A DNA stretch of 62,186 bases, counting the filler, from Sphacelaria rigidula (Eukaryota): assembly GCA_964200075.2 (NCBI GenBank). It is 8 parts of 8 records of this genome, joined end to end, with 100 filler letters (N's around TTAATTAATTAA, not from the genome) between each part and the next. Parts side by side here need not be neighbours in the genome. Positions count along the whole stretch, not along the records: positions 7,788 to 15,473 come from CAXNAA020013792.1; positions 15,574 to 23,259 come from CAXNAA020013793.1; 6 more parts are not named here. One strand, 5' to 3'. Below are positions 10,561-23,259 of the stretch, one piece after another. Position 1 is the first letter of the stretch, and every line of letters starts with the position of its first letter. The translations under genes and the position numbers were made by a program. Under the pieces are notes generated by a model, which saw only the letters and a program-made list of their open reading frames with translations, had not been told where the DNA came from and searched no databases.

Positions 10561-13121
10561 GGCGTGAGGTTTGGCCGATGAGTGTTTTTGGGTGGTAAAC
10601 ATGAACCAGCTCGTGGAGTGCAAGAAAACACCAACTTGGCTGCTCAAGTATTTTCGGTTGTGCTTCGATCTTTTTGGTCAAAAATAAAATAGCGAACTCG
10701 TTTAGCGCCCGAGCGACCTGCTACGGCCCCATTGCCTGCAGTATCATGATGCCCGGGGCCCGGTAGGTCGTGGGCGCCGAAAATGTCAACTACAGTATTC
10801 ACTAAAAATACCGCAGGAACGCCTCAATGGGGAAACCCATCGTACAAATCGCAAGCTGTACAGTACATAAACCGACGCTTGCACAACCTTTAAATCCGCC
10901 AAAGGTGGACCGTCGCTGCAGACAATTGCGGAAACAATCAGCAGCCGAAATTTAAAATCTCACACAAACCTCAGATCGCGAGAACAAAGATGCAAATGGC
11001 TGGCTTTAACGACACTCTGCGTCGCAAAAGCTGCTACGGCGGATACCAGCCCCTGAAAAAAATTGGCCCTTTAGCAAAGACTGGCCCTTACACGATGATT
11101 TGTGTTGTTTTCACCAAAATAGTATCATTGACCACGAGAATGCGTTGGACGTGCTCGCCCAGAACATTTTCACCCTGGCATGTACTTTGAAGTTATGGAG
11201 TAGAGTATTTGCCAGGGGTGGGTGTGGGGTGACTATGCATGGGACGAGGTTGGGTTGGGGGGTCCGCCTCAGCAATTCTGCGTCCTTGTGAAGGAAGGTG
11301 ATTGGAGATTTAGCGAAGAAGGCGGATTCAAACTTTAAAGTTCGGGAAAATAGAGGCTCGCTGATCTTCTATAATACACATGTCAGCCGATATCAGCCAT
11401 CTAGCGGACTTGTTTAGGGTCACAAGGTAAGAGGATAAACTTACAATACCGGTGGCAGTCAGTAGAAAACAACCGTCTCTACAGCTGTCCAGCAGCTAGG
11501 GTACAGCAGCTGGAGCGGTCGGTAACAAAGTCGGTAGCCGAAGGTCAGTACGTTCCTCTACAGGGCCACCGTAAACATGTGTGATATTGCACCTGATCAA
11601 GAGCCAGTCTGCGCAAGCTAATAAGTGCACCGATATCCCCGGGATCGCTCTCCATCAATGTCATACTGGCGCAAGGAAGAGAAGGGGCTTGTGTTACCAT
11701 GTTACCATCTCATGTCGAGTTGCGATATTGTGCCATTAATATATATGTTTTTCGTTTTGATATTGACAAGACAGCAGTCTTCTCTGACCTGTGGATTTAC
11801 GAAGGAGGATATTCTTCAATTTTTTACTCCTTGTTTAACAGGACTCATTCCAGATGGCAGATGTATCATGAACCTAGAATGAGCATATAATCTTCATACA
11901 CCTTCCTTGACGGCAATGAAAAATTCCTCATCCTAACATAGCGCAAGGAAAACAGCGGGCACCCCCCCTCCTTCAGCTGTGGAGTTCGACCAATGGGACA
12001 CATGTCCAAGATAGTCTATTGTGAGGATGGTGAGTGGTGCTGGCTGTGCCAGGGTGCAAGGTGTCATCCACTGCGTACTTCACTGGCTTACTTCCGCGGA
12101 GGGAACAGGGTGAGCAGAAGCAAACGTGAAGAAGTAAAGTCAGGTGATCGGAGAGTGAGCTTTCTTGGTCGGATGCTCATCACTCATACCTCTTCCCTAT
12201 GGGTATTAGAGTACTACCACCTCGTTACACTTTGTTGTGGTACGCATTATTTGTCGTGATGAAAGAAGTGGCCATTGTCAACGAGGCGGCGAGTGGGCAT
12301 TGCTGGAAAGCAAAGCGTACAGCAAGGGCGCCACAATAATATGCATCATTTATTTCTAAGGCGAGGGCCCTCATTCATGTTTGTACTGGACGGTTGGGCA
12401 GGGACGGAGGGCAACGTCAAGTCTTCGTTTGCCACGCGCAAGCCCTGCTGCAGTATCATGCCGTTTGTATGTGCCAGAGCGCGAAAAAGGGCGCGTACAT
12501 GTGTACCTTCACTTGCCATTGTCGAACTCGAACCGTGTTCTCGAAAATGGGTCTATGTCGTTCGTGCCGGCCTCTGGATTCATTTTCTGTGTGGTTATAA
12601 CAATAATCCATTTCCTCGGACCCTGCGAACAGTTTGCGACAAACCATGATGGCGTTCCACACATATGGCAAGTTGTTGGTGTCCACACCACTGCAAAGGA
12701 CAACGAAATAACTCAAATTGGATGGTTGAAATATGGATGAATGGAACCGCAACCCGTGCTTCTCCTGCGCACCCCCGCTTTCCATCGTGATGTCTGGCTG
12801 TAGCCATATCGCTAGCAGGGCACCAGATAAGCTTGACTTCAGACCTCCACGAGAACAGCGACTCAGAAAAGACTGGGGGATACGGCGTGACGGGGGGAGC
12901 AAGAAAGACCCACCGGTAGTGGCAGCGAAAGGGGGACGAAAAAGAGGGCAGTAGAGAGAACGAGAGACAAGTGCGAAGTGATACGGAGACTGGCAGAGAA
13001 GACACAGCGACGGCCAAGCTCTGTTTAAGTGAGGCAGACGGACGAGAGAGGTGGGAGAGAGAGAGATAGGACGAAACAAACAGAGACGGGTGACTCCTCA
13101 ATAACAGCCTGCCTAAATTAG

Positions 13122-14313
13122 GCGATTTCGACCGCAATTTTCCGTTGTCACCACATTTACACCGACAATATGCCTGCTGTACTGCACAGCTCCGACAAAA
13201 GGAACGCTATTGATGTACAAAACAATGATGGCGACAACGGTCACTGCCAGATGGAAAATGACAGTCGGCTCGGATCGCCGAGCCGCAGTCCACGGCATGG
13301 CTTGGCCAGGAGATCAGCATCTTGTGCCAGCGAAAACGATGGTTACGGCAGCAGCAGCAGCAGCATGAGAATGAGGGGTTACGGAAGTTACTCGAAGCGC
13401 GGAGGCGGTCTAAGTGGAGACGATGACGCGTCCTCGACCAGAGGAGGAGGGGTTGGAGGCGAAGGACTCCTTGATAGGGATCCTCATCCTAACGTAAACG
13501 ATAGGCAGAAGAAGAGAGAGGAGGATCGTGACGGTGATGGTGGTGATTGGAGGGATGATCATCTTCCCGGCGGATCTCTTGATGCCGATGGGGGAAGTGA
13601 ATTTGCCGGTGTCGATGGTGATGAGGAAGATGGGGATGATGCAGCACGGCAGAGGCAGCAGCAGCACCATCATCAAAATATGATTATGATGATGATGATG
13701 GGCAATGGCGGTGGGAGAACGGGAGAAGACGACGAAAGGGGAAACCCAGGGTGTCGGGTGTTAGAGGACGATCATGAGGGGGGTGGTCTTCACCACTATC
13801 ACCGGCAGATGTACGGCGAGCATTTTGTTGAGCAGGGAAAAGGTGGGCACAGGGAGGAGGATCTGCACCCCACGCCTACTGGGCTGGCACAGAATTCAGG
13901 AGAAGACAATCAGCGACGCTATTGTGAAGAAGACCACTCCCATCACTATGAAAATGTCAATCAAGATGAAGGAGACCGTGGGAAGCAACAGGAAAAGAGA
14001 AAGGAGGAACAGTGCCAAGAACAGAGCATGAGGCATATACCGATCAGCCAAGGCTGGGCCGATCGTCGTGATGATAATGGTGATGATGGTGATGATGGCG
14101 GTGGTGGCGGTGGCGGTGGCGCTACGGTTGTTAATGATGTTGGTCATGTAGGTGGTGATGTTGATGAAGAGGACAACTATGAACCGGGTGGAGTTTGTGA
14201 CACGGACGCTACTGGTAAGGACATGAAATCCAAATTGCCTATGCACGACGAGGATGGTGGTGCCCGCGGTAGGCCGCTCACTGGATCCTTCTCTGAGAGC
14301 GATGTCGACAAAG
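13122..14313 (+). CDS. Putative long low-complexity exon (D/E/G/H/Q-rich), unknown protein
   Basis: Uninterrupted ~1.2-kb frame with possible acceptor aattag|GCG and donor AAG|gtaaat. No recognisable domain. Confidence 0.45.
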
Positions 14314-15573
14314 GTAAATGCTGTGTATAGCTCTATGCGGTTATTCCTGGATCGTTTCGCGAGCCCATATGCGGTAGTGATCATGGCATAACCTTGAGTT
14401 CTGAGACAACGCTTTTGCAACTTTTCGTGGGCAGTGTTCAGCATAAGGCTGAAATAACTGGAATCCAAGTTTCGCACCAAGATAAGATCCACTCAGCTCC
14501 AACATATACGCTTAACAGCGACCGACCCATATGTGAAAGATCTAACATTGCATCCTTTAGCTGTTCATTGCAAGAGCACATATCTACAGCCCCGTCAACT
14601 TTTGCCTTCGTTGCTGACCGTAGCGAATTTTTTAATATAAACATATCTCGCCATCAGGCAGCAAGTGCACAATAAAGATAGACGAACACATCAAGATATA
14701 TCCATGCACTCGAAGTTAGGGTAACCAATATTCCGCCTTAAGACAGCGGGCATCACCTCGAAACAGTTTCAAAGGCTGACAGTCCGCAGACATTCATGGG
14801 TTTCCAGGGGACGGAGGGAGATTGGGGGGGGGGGGAGGGGGGCTGAGCTGGGAGGAATCTGTCCGCAGAGCAACCGGAAAGCTCACGACGTCAACTATGT
14901 GTACTTGGGAGTTTCCCGGGGAAGATTCTAAGCCTGGAACCATGTCCGACAGGCGCAGAATGACCATTCCGACCAATCACGGCCGTCAAAATGGCCACAG
15001 AGACATCAGCGGCATGCAGTAGACTGTGTTTAGTGGACAGCGATGATACGCTTGATTTCTTGCCGTTGTATACAGCGAAGACATACAACACACATACCGT
15101 ACACAATAGGCTGCAGGGTCAAAACTGGTCAGGGTTCTGCGGGACTGTTTCCTGTATAGAGTAGATGCCACACACCCGCATGCTCATGAAAAGGGCGTTT
15201 TGTGCAGCGCAATAAGAGCTGTTCTGAACCGAAAGTGTGCCATAGTCCAACTCAGTCTACCTGCGGAGGGATCGATGTCCGAGGATTAAGGCGACATGTC
15301 CAAACCGCAACTTATCAGAAGTCGTCCGCCAAGTGCTTGCAGTAGGTTGCGTGTGACTACAAGGAAAGACACTTTCTACGATAGCCCCCCCCCAAAACGT
15401 GCACTTTGGGAGGCAAAATCTTCACGTAAATCGAAATGGGAAAAGTCGAGCACAACGAGAAGCTGGGAAGTCCNNNNNNNNNNNNNNNNNNNNNNNNNNN
15501 NNNNNNNNNNNNNNNNNTTAATTAATTAANNNNNNNNNNNNNNNNNNNNNNNNNNNNNNNNNNNNNNNNNNNN

Positions 15574-15943
15574 CCACCCCCACAACGTAGAACTCATATA
15601 ATGGCAGAATGTGAACTATACAGGGAGGAACAGAACGTGTTAGAGGGGGAAATGTGGGGAGTAGAACAAAGGTGGCATGAAATCGTTTTATTTACTAGAT
15701 TGCAGCGAGAAAACTATCACTATACCATTGTAGGAGATAGATGGTGGCCACAGACGTCGAAACAGGACGGGGATGGCTAATCCAAAAGGCTTCCGTGTGA
15801 ATGTATGGAAAAAACGTAATGGGCGCCCAAATGTTGGAGATGTCTTTATTAGGAGTAGGAACGGTGCTCCGTCTCGAAGGAGATGCGTGGTCAATGCTCA
15901 AACGACCAAGGCAAGCAACAAACGCGTAGGCCCCCTCCCCCCC
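15574..15943 (+). mobile_element. LINE 3' end (family B) with oligo(C)
   Basis: Homologous to the reverse complement of 6355-6690. Encodes NVWKKRN...SRNGAPSRRRCVVNAQTTKASNK and ends in a C-run. Confidence 0.8.
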
Positions 15944-15944
15944 A

Positions 15945-16011
15945 AAGCCTACTGATTATCTTGCATTTGGATGACAGCCTACAATGAGTTGCTTTATTTT
16001 CTGGTATCGCC
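15945..16011 (+). repeat. 67-bp dispersed repeat
   Basis: 63/67 identical to 50043-50109 in another contig. Confidence 0.75.
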
Positions 16012-16499
16012 ACAGCCCCCCCCTCCCCCCCCACTGCTGGACGTGAGGGGTATCATGGGTAGGCATAAGAGCAATGTAAATAACCAGGGTCCATATCACC
16101 ATATTGTGGGAGCGGGGTCCCCCCCCGCCCCTCCCGCCATTTTCGCTTAGATCCCTTGTCATGTCTACCTCACGGAGCCCTGTGGTGTTTTCCTTCAGCC
16201 GAGAGATGCGTGTGTCCAGGAACACGCGAGTGTCTTACCCACCCGTCCGTATTGAGGGATATTTTGATGAGGGACGGCCGACAAACAGGAACGCGACAGC
16301 AAACACAGTCAATCAACTTACGTAGACACTATATATCCCTTTTATCCCTCTTTTTGCCATGAAAATAAAACACAACAACGCAGCTGAACCAAAAGAATTG
16401 TACAAACAAGAACATGATATTGTTTATTGTATTTTTGCTTATTTGTAATTATTTCGAACCATGAAGAAAAATAACAGCAAAAGCCATAACAAGAGCGAA

Positions 16500-16580
16500 A
16501 ACGACAACCACAACAACACCCCCGCCACTAACAACAACAACAACAACAACAACATCAACAACATCAACAACAACAACAAC
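16500..16580 (+). repeat. (AAC)n microsatellite upstream of an acceptor site
   Basis: Direct reading. Confidence 0.9.
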
Positions 16581-16616
16581 GATACCGTGTACAAAAACAA
16601 AACAAACACAAAACAG

Positions 16617-16765
16617 GGCTGTCGAGAAAGACCAAAGAGGCGCTTGTCGAGGCCTTCGGTTCTCTAGAGCTAGCAAGAACAGCGGGCGAGGCGGAATTGC
16701 AGCGTATCCCGGGGGTTGGACCCACCATCGCCAAGAGAATAATGGCTAGTGGTCGGTCGGGTTAA
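16617..16765 (+). CDS. Terminal exon encoding a tandem helix-hairpin-helix (HhH)2 domain, UvrC/ERCC1-type
   Basis: Acceptor aaaacag|GG, then (G)LSRKTKEALVEAFGSLELARTAGEAELQRIPGVGPTIAKRIMASGRSG*. It has the FGS...EL..IPGVG...A.RI signature and stops shortly after it. Confidence 0.75.
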
Positions 16766-17689
16766 CGCGGGTTCGTCTTTCAAGAACGATCCGTGGTTGC
16801 TTTCACTTACAGTTCAGGGCGGACGCTGGTATCCGGATCTTCGGGGGGACTGTCAGCAGCCCGAAGCACTCCGCCAGCGTCGTAGCTGTGGTGCTGCTCC
16901 GCACTTTCGCACACTCGCGTTTCTTTTTATTCGTGCTCGGATCGGCGCTGCACAACCGTGACGTATAAACGACTCGGGGTCACTCTCAGATACTTGCTTA
17001 GCACGAGGGTTGTGTCTGTTTGCCTGGGGATAGAATTGGGGCTAGTGCGGTTTCTTGGGGACTGCAGAATTTGTCAACCGTTCGTCGTTTGATACTGGTG
17101 ACGAGTTCGCGCACGTAGACCCTTCGAGAGCCCCCGTTGGTTTAGTGGAGATATTTATTCACGGTCTCTACACTCGTTCATCATCGATGGAGGAGCCCTA
17201 CGCACTGTATTGGGGTGATTTGCGTTCCGTATTGTGTAACAGCGGGTAGCCTCGTTAATATGCTACCTGACTGTATATACATACTGTGTTATTGTGAGTA
17301 CATGTGGGGAGTTTCAAACGCTTGGTGGAGTTTATGACTTGGAATTCATCGTGCACGGAGCAAACGGCTTGTACAACCATTGTGACGTTTATTCAGTTGT
17401 GAACTGTTACTCCAGAAGCGCTCCACCATCATTAATTTTTTCGTCTGTTGATGTGTATGGTCATCATTCTCGTGGTGTCGAATACAACATCATGTCGAGT
17501 GTAGGGTGTAACAGTGGGGATGTGGTGTGGATGCGTGCTGGGTATTATTCGCTTCTTTCCTGCCTCCTTGAGTTGCCGTTGATCGCACGGTACCGGCCAC
17601 AGTACAGTAACTACAACGCCCGCCTACGGATCAACTGTGTGATTATCTTGATTTCAGTATAATTCCGAATATTCCCCCCCTCCTCAACC

Positions 17690-17785
17690 GAGTAGGAACG
17701 GTGCTCCGTCTCGAAAGGGATGCGTGGTCAATGGTCAAATGACTAAGGCAAACAAAAAAAAAATCACCCCCCCCCCCCCCCTCCT
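17690..17785 (+). mobile_element. Short LINE 3' end (family B) with oligo(C)
   Basis: AGTAGGAACGGTGCTCCGTCTCGAAAGGGATGCGTGGTCAATGGTCAAATGACTAAGGCAA, then a short A-run and about 15 C. Confidence 0.75.
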
Positions 17786-19164
17786 CAACCCCGGGAAGAG
17801 AGATAATGTACACATCTACACATGTAGCACTGACATCCCATCCCCGCCAAGTCCCCGCCGATTCGCCAGGTTTATTACGCCCACATATGGTCTTGCCTCT
17901 GAGGGGGCTACAATAATCAATATCGTGAAAAACAAAAACAATCTGAGCGACTGAGGACGTCATGACGACTTGTTTACTTTGGGTTTCGTGGGGAAGCTGA
18001 GTTTCGGATTCTTCCAGGGGAGGGGGGTGGGGTAGGGCGGTGGATAATCCCAAGTGACTGCTGGTGTGCGCAGCGCGCGTGTTTAAGCCAGAGATTGACG
18101 CTGTACGGCGCCGGTTTGTACTCTTCAGCCCACTCTTTATACCTAGGGTATTCTCTGGATCCCTGATCATTCGGGGGTCCTCGGTCTTCCCGGGTTACGG
18201 TTCGGGTTCGAGTTCGGGCTCGGGTTCTATCAGTTCTAGAGTGTTTGGACCGCGGACTAGTTGTTTGACGACGAACTCTACCGTAGGACTCCCCTGCGAT
18301 TTACCCGTACCTTTCACACGCTCTCGCTGACGACGTAACGATCTTGCCTTTCGTTTAGCTTGTTCTTTTCGGGTTGATATTTGGTGAGCTGTTGTCTTGG
18401 GGGGCCTTGAGGTGCTTCATTTAGGCTTCGTTAGGATTGTGGAAGGAAGCAACGTAGAGTATAGGGGGGCAAAGTTGGCTGTTGTATGCGGCACTGCTAA
18501 CTGTGTATCACCTTTGTTTTTCTCATGTTGGGTGGTCGCGAATCAGAGGTCACGACAAGTACCTTCCTTCGCCCAACAAGTATTCACTGTTAGGTTCGGC
18601 TCGCCACGTGGTATTTGCAGCTCCAAAGCGATTGTGTTGTGGCTGGGGCGTTGTGATTTTGCGGGGAGTTCAGGGTTGCATCCCTATGTCTATTGAGTAG
18701 CTGTTGTCCCCTGCTGCACGCAAGAATCGATGCCGCGTTTTCAGCGGGAACCTATCGTAGATGCCATGTAAAATACGAACCTCTTGGGGATGGGATGTTC
18801 TACCTTGCGATTCGCAGCTCTTTCCTTCACCGTCAAGTCTACCTGCCGTGGATTCTAACTTGAATACGGCGTCATCACGGATCGCCTGGCCAGCACCTAC
18901 GGCTCTTGAGGCCCTTCAGGACGTTGAGTAACGCCAGATACTCACTACATGCCTGGCAGCCCTTCAGGTCGCTGAATAATTTGTTACGGCACAGAGTCGG
19001 AAATGAGGGGTTTTGTGCCTGGACAACAGCACCCAACGAACATGCAACGGCTGGACAGCCATCAAGTGACCTCTGTAACTTTGTGTAGATGAACAGCGCT
19101 GCGCCCCCCCACAATCCTTGCCAGACGGTAACACAGCTGCAACAGTCAGCAGATCAGACAATGC

Positions 19165-19525
19165 CCAACGTAGATCAAGCCATCATCGCAGGGTTCGAAC
19201 GCATCACAGTACAGCTACAAGTATAGCATAAAAACAGATGGGTATGGGCACGAAGCGTCTTGCTCGTTTTACAGGAAACTCAACAATCAACAATAACGCT
19301 TCCAATAGTGCGTAGAAACGACTGCGTGCTGACTCCAATCTCGTAGCTGACTGGGACACAACATTACGGCAGTTGGGGCAATCGCCAGCGCAGATCAAAC
19401 CGTCTTCGCAGGGTTCGAACACACCACAGTAGTACAGTGTCAGCCATAGCGCAGGAATGATGGGTCTGGGGACGAGGTGCCTTGCTCGTCGCGAAGGCAC
19501 AGCGTTCAACAAACACAACGGCATT
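19165..19525 (+). repeat. Diverged direct repeat, ~220-bp period, with a third partial copy at ~20160-20205
   Basis: Shared core AGATCAA...TCGCAGGGTTCGAAC..A.CACAGTA...GATGGGT.TGGG.ACGA...TTGCTCGT. Confidence 0.6.
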
Positions 19526-21020
19526 TTCACCGGATTGAGGGTCTAGCATTCGGTCGAGAGTGAGAGCACTTATCAGGAACGCGTTGTTTTATGTGTTCCA
19601 GTGATGAATGAAACACTGACGAGTAACACGTATAGAGGACGATCTGATTTGTTGAACTTATACTAAAGAGAAGGGAAACGAGTTCATTAAACGTCGAGCC
19701 ATTCCTCTCATGAATGCGCTGGTGTGCGTTGAGCAGGTTACGACTATCGGTCGCACGTACTGCCATGCATTCCAAAATTGTTCTTCCAATTTATACGTTG
19801 AATGCGGGTGTACGATATTGACCCGTCGCGATTCGAAAGAATCTTGCTTCGGCGTTTGATTTCCTTCGAATTATACGTCCAACGACTACTCCTTCGTAAT
19901 GGTGACCCCTTGATCGTCATGGTTCGCAACCTCGGTCATGCGATCACTTTTCAAGTGAAAATTATTCCAATTCCACAAACGGTTATTATTACACGTTGAT
20001 TTGCAATAAGAAGCTATACTCTCAATCTGGTGAAGTTGCTGTTACACATCATGGCAGTCTCAACTTTCACGACACAGCGAAGAGTACCGACTACAATCAC
20101 TATGTTTAGAGCGGAACACAACACCGAAAGTACAGCAACTCAGGCAAATCCCAGCAGGAACCAAACCACTTTCGCAGGGTCTAAGCACACCACAGTACAG
20201 TTTCAGCTGCTACATCACATGAGAGGGGGCGTGGGTGTGTTTGCGGTACAGTGCAGTGAACATGTCCCATAGCTGCGACTTCTCAACCCGGTTTTGAACA
20301 GCTCGTCAAGTCAGGTCGGGCGTTTAAAGAGGGATATCAATTTTGATCAGAAACCCGCCGGCTGACCATAATTCAAAATCGTGGGGCTTACTCTTGTTCA
20401 AAATTGTCACTGATTTTTCCCGTTAGGTTTTTCGCAGTTGGTTTAACGTTGGGTGCGATTTCGCTTTTGAACGGGTCTCATAAGAGCTGTCGGTCTCATT
20501 TTCTCCTACAACGGTGTAACAAAACAATCTTTGGCGTTTTCTGTAAGTTCCTTCGAGTTTTGTGGGAGACGCGAAGGAGTTCCAGGATTTTGTATAATAT
20601 GGTGAGTAATTAACCGTCCGGTCGAAAAGTCAAACGGGACTTATCAATGACTGGAAATGTGCTCTAGAATGTTCTTGAAGAGTGCCTGCAGCAGGCTTCC
20701 CCGGGATAGCACAATGTGTCAGGCTCGTTTGTCGGGCAAAAATCGGCGCCTAATCGTCATATTGCCTAATCGTCATATTGTGTAAGAAAAACGATGGATG
20801 TGTTCGTTTCGACATGAAGAGGGTTGACCTGGAAGTTTTCTTCACTCTATTTTTCCCACTGGGAATGACCGCGACTGAAACCTAGTTTTTTGGGGGGGGA
20901 TTTAACATCTGCCTTCCTGTGAAATATAGCGGACTGACTCATCAAGACAAGAAGGGTAGTCAGATCATGGGAATATTGGTCTTGAGGATAATGACAAAGT
21001 GAAGGCTCATCTAACCAAGA

Positions 21021-21175
21021 AGCAAGGCAAAGCAAAGCAAAGCAAAACAAAGCAAAAACAAAGCAAAAACAAAGCAAAGCAAAGCAAAGCAAAAACAAAG
21101 CAAAGCAAAGCAAAAACAAAGCAAAAACAAAGCAAAGCAAAGCAAAGCAAAGCAAAGCAAAGCAAAACGAAACAA
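21021..21175 (+). repeat. (AAAGC)n/(AAAAAC) microsatellite
   Basis: Direct reading. Confidence 0.9.
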
Positions 21176-21329
21176 GCAGCCCAAAACACATAATATATGT
21201 TTGGTTTTGTTGTCGCTATGTACCTCCGTGACCACAGCAAATAGGCAGCTATCGATCGACCAATCATCATACACACGCATATATATATATATTATATAGT
21301 GAACTTATGTGTGTGTTGGTCGAACAACG

Positions 21330-21773
21330 TCACAGCAATCGATGGCTGCGACGGGTCCCGTATATATTGTAGTTTTTAGCCACGTCAACGAGCACTCTCG
21401 CGTCCTCCTGGAATCGCTGCAACCGGCGGTCGAGGTCCTCCAGGTCGAGGTCACCGTCATCGCCGTCAACCGTTCGCGTGGGTCCCCCCGCGGTTCTTGT
21501 TGATGCTGTTGCCCTTGTTGTTCGTGTCGTTCTTGCTGCCGCCGCGGTGCTCAGTGTCTTCGGCCCCGGAGCAAGTCGTAGTTTTCCTTTTTTTTCCTTG
21601 CCCCCACGAAAAATAGGACTGATATTACGGGTACTGCTGTCGAAAGCCGTTGGCGATTTTGGTGTCAACCGTGGTGATGGTGGTGGTGGTTGTGACGATG
21701 ATCGCGATGGAGAGTGGTCTTGTTGAGCGGACCGGCTTGCCGGGAGCTCGTACAACCTTGTTGCCTCGAGTTC
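21330..21773 (-). CDS. Putative terminal exon of an S/P/T-rich unknown protein
   Basis: Open frame after possible acceptor cagcag|GAA, ending in a helical-looking DLDLEDLDRRLQRFQEDARVLVDVAK segment. Confidence 0.35.
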   Translation of the reverse strand, partial: ELEATRLYELPASRSAQQDHSPSRSSSQPPPPSPRLTPKSPTAFDSSTRNISPIFRGGKEKKGKLRLAPGPKTLSTAAAARTTRTTRATASTRTAGGPTRTVDGDDGDLDLEDLDRRLQRFQEDARVLVDVAKNYNIYGTRRSHRLL

Positions 21774-21840
21774 CTGCTGTTGATGATGGCAACGATGTTA
21801 ATGCTGCAGTTGGTAGTGACGTGATCGTGTTTGTGGTTCA

Positions 21841-22152
21841 CAACGTTTTCGTGAGATTGAGAGTGGAGCGCTGATTGAGAGTGGCTTTGATCATTCGCTT
21901 TAACGTAGCCGGTTTTTCAATCCATGCGTGCTTTTCTTTGCCTCCATCGCTGGCGTGTGCCTACTAACAGCTACACGTCGCTATCCTACTTGGGGATATC
22001 AAGGGCCTCAGTGGCAAGCTACTACAAAAAGCATATATAGTCTATCGGGCCTCGTTGAGGGGCATTTCAGAACTAAAAATATTCAGTCACTAATAATTGA
22101 GCGCTTTTCACTCTCAATCGTATCCTCTACTCTCAATCTCACGAAAACATTG
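21841..22152. mobile_element. MITE-like element, 312 bp
   Basis: TIR CAACGTTTTCGTGAGATTGAGAGT / ACTCTCAATCTCACGAAAACATTG with repeated GATTGAGAGT subterminal motif. No clean TSD. Confidence 0.65.
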
Positions 22153-22155
22153 ATG

Positions 22156-22156
22156 G

Positions 22157-22223
<67 letters not shown>

Positions 22224-22243
22224 CATTGTAATTGTTGTTGTTG
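22156..22243 (+). repeat. (GTT)n microsatellite
   Basis: Direct reading. Confidence 0.95.
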
Positions 22244-23119
22244 TTCTTTGACGAAATGACAGAGAAGGATGCGACAGAAGACTACAAACGATGCAGTCAT
22301 TCGATGAAGAGCAAGTAAGTCGGCTGGCTGCGCGAGAACGTGGTGACTGAAACCCCATGCTCGACGGTAGAAACACACTATTGTAACGAGGCGAGTACCG
22401 TGCCGGAGAAGAGACGGGTTGATTGATCTCTTGAGACTGCGGACTCGTCCCGAGATCGAAGGGGAGGAAGGGCAACGGTGGAGGGAGGGCAGATGTAAGA
22501 AGGTACAACACTCTACCCCCGAAATACAAGCATCGTGTCGTTCACACAACATAACGTGAAAGAGATGCACTATTCATCCCCCATGTGGAGGGTACCCAAT
22601 AAAGTTGAGAAAAATTCCAACAAGGAGAGTCGATAGAGAAGTTGTAAACCTTTACTTCGCTCCAGGAGCTAACCGTGAGCAATCAACATAACCTCCCGTT
22701 TTGTTTGCTCACCGCATCGTGATAGGGTTTGCCGAAGTCATCGTAAATCCGATGGGCAACAATCTTACATTTTTATGAAGGAACCCCGCGAATTCCGTAC
22801 GTGCAGTGTACCATGCTCTTAGTAGTGGTATATATACTTGTTTGTCCCTGCATTGAATTGAAATCGATATTCCTACGTTGTCATTACGCGATCGAGCAAA
22901 ATATGAAATTGAATATGTTTCGTGATTTCAACCTCAAATATATTTTCAATGTTTTTCTATGTGCAAAGGGTCGTTTAGTATACTCGTCTACAAGTACATT
23001 GACATGGCCATTCTCACGTACTTGGTCAATAGCACATCAAGGCGGTGGGTGCATTACGTCCTCCATCGAAGAGAGTTCCCTCCCGCCCCCATCCCAACAG
23101 TGCCCAACATGCTGAGTCT

Positions 23120-23259
23120 CGACAGAGATGCGTGGTCAATGGTCAAACGACTGAGGCAAGGAACGGATGAGTACGCCCCCCCCCCAAACAAGAAGTAATG
23201 AGCGCCAGAATGTTGGAGGTGTCTCTATTAGGAGTAGGAACGGTGCTCATTACTTCTTG
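23120..23259 (+). mobile_element. LINE 3' end (family B) with oligo(C), followed by a second LINE 3' fragment
   Basis: GATGCGTGGTCAATGGTCAAACGACTGAGGCAAGGAACGGATGAGTACG, then C10, then ATGTTGGAGGTGTCTCTATTAGGAGTAGGAACGGTGCTC. Confidence 0.75.

Noticed and set aside
20847-21280. Hydrophobic FALLC-repeat and K/Q/S-repeat ORFs (also poly-V/T/N ORFs at 16449-16676 and 21928-22251)
   Set aside because: These are translations of microsatellites.
23189-23259. 15-bp perfect inverted repeat CAAGAAGTAATGAGC / GCTCATTACTTCTTG
   Set aside because: It ends exactly at a contig end inside LINE sequence, so it is likely a fold-back read artefact.
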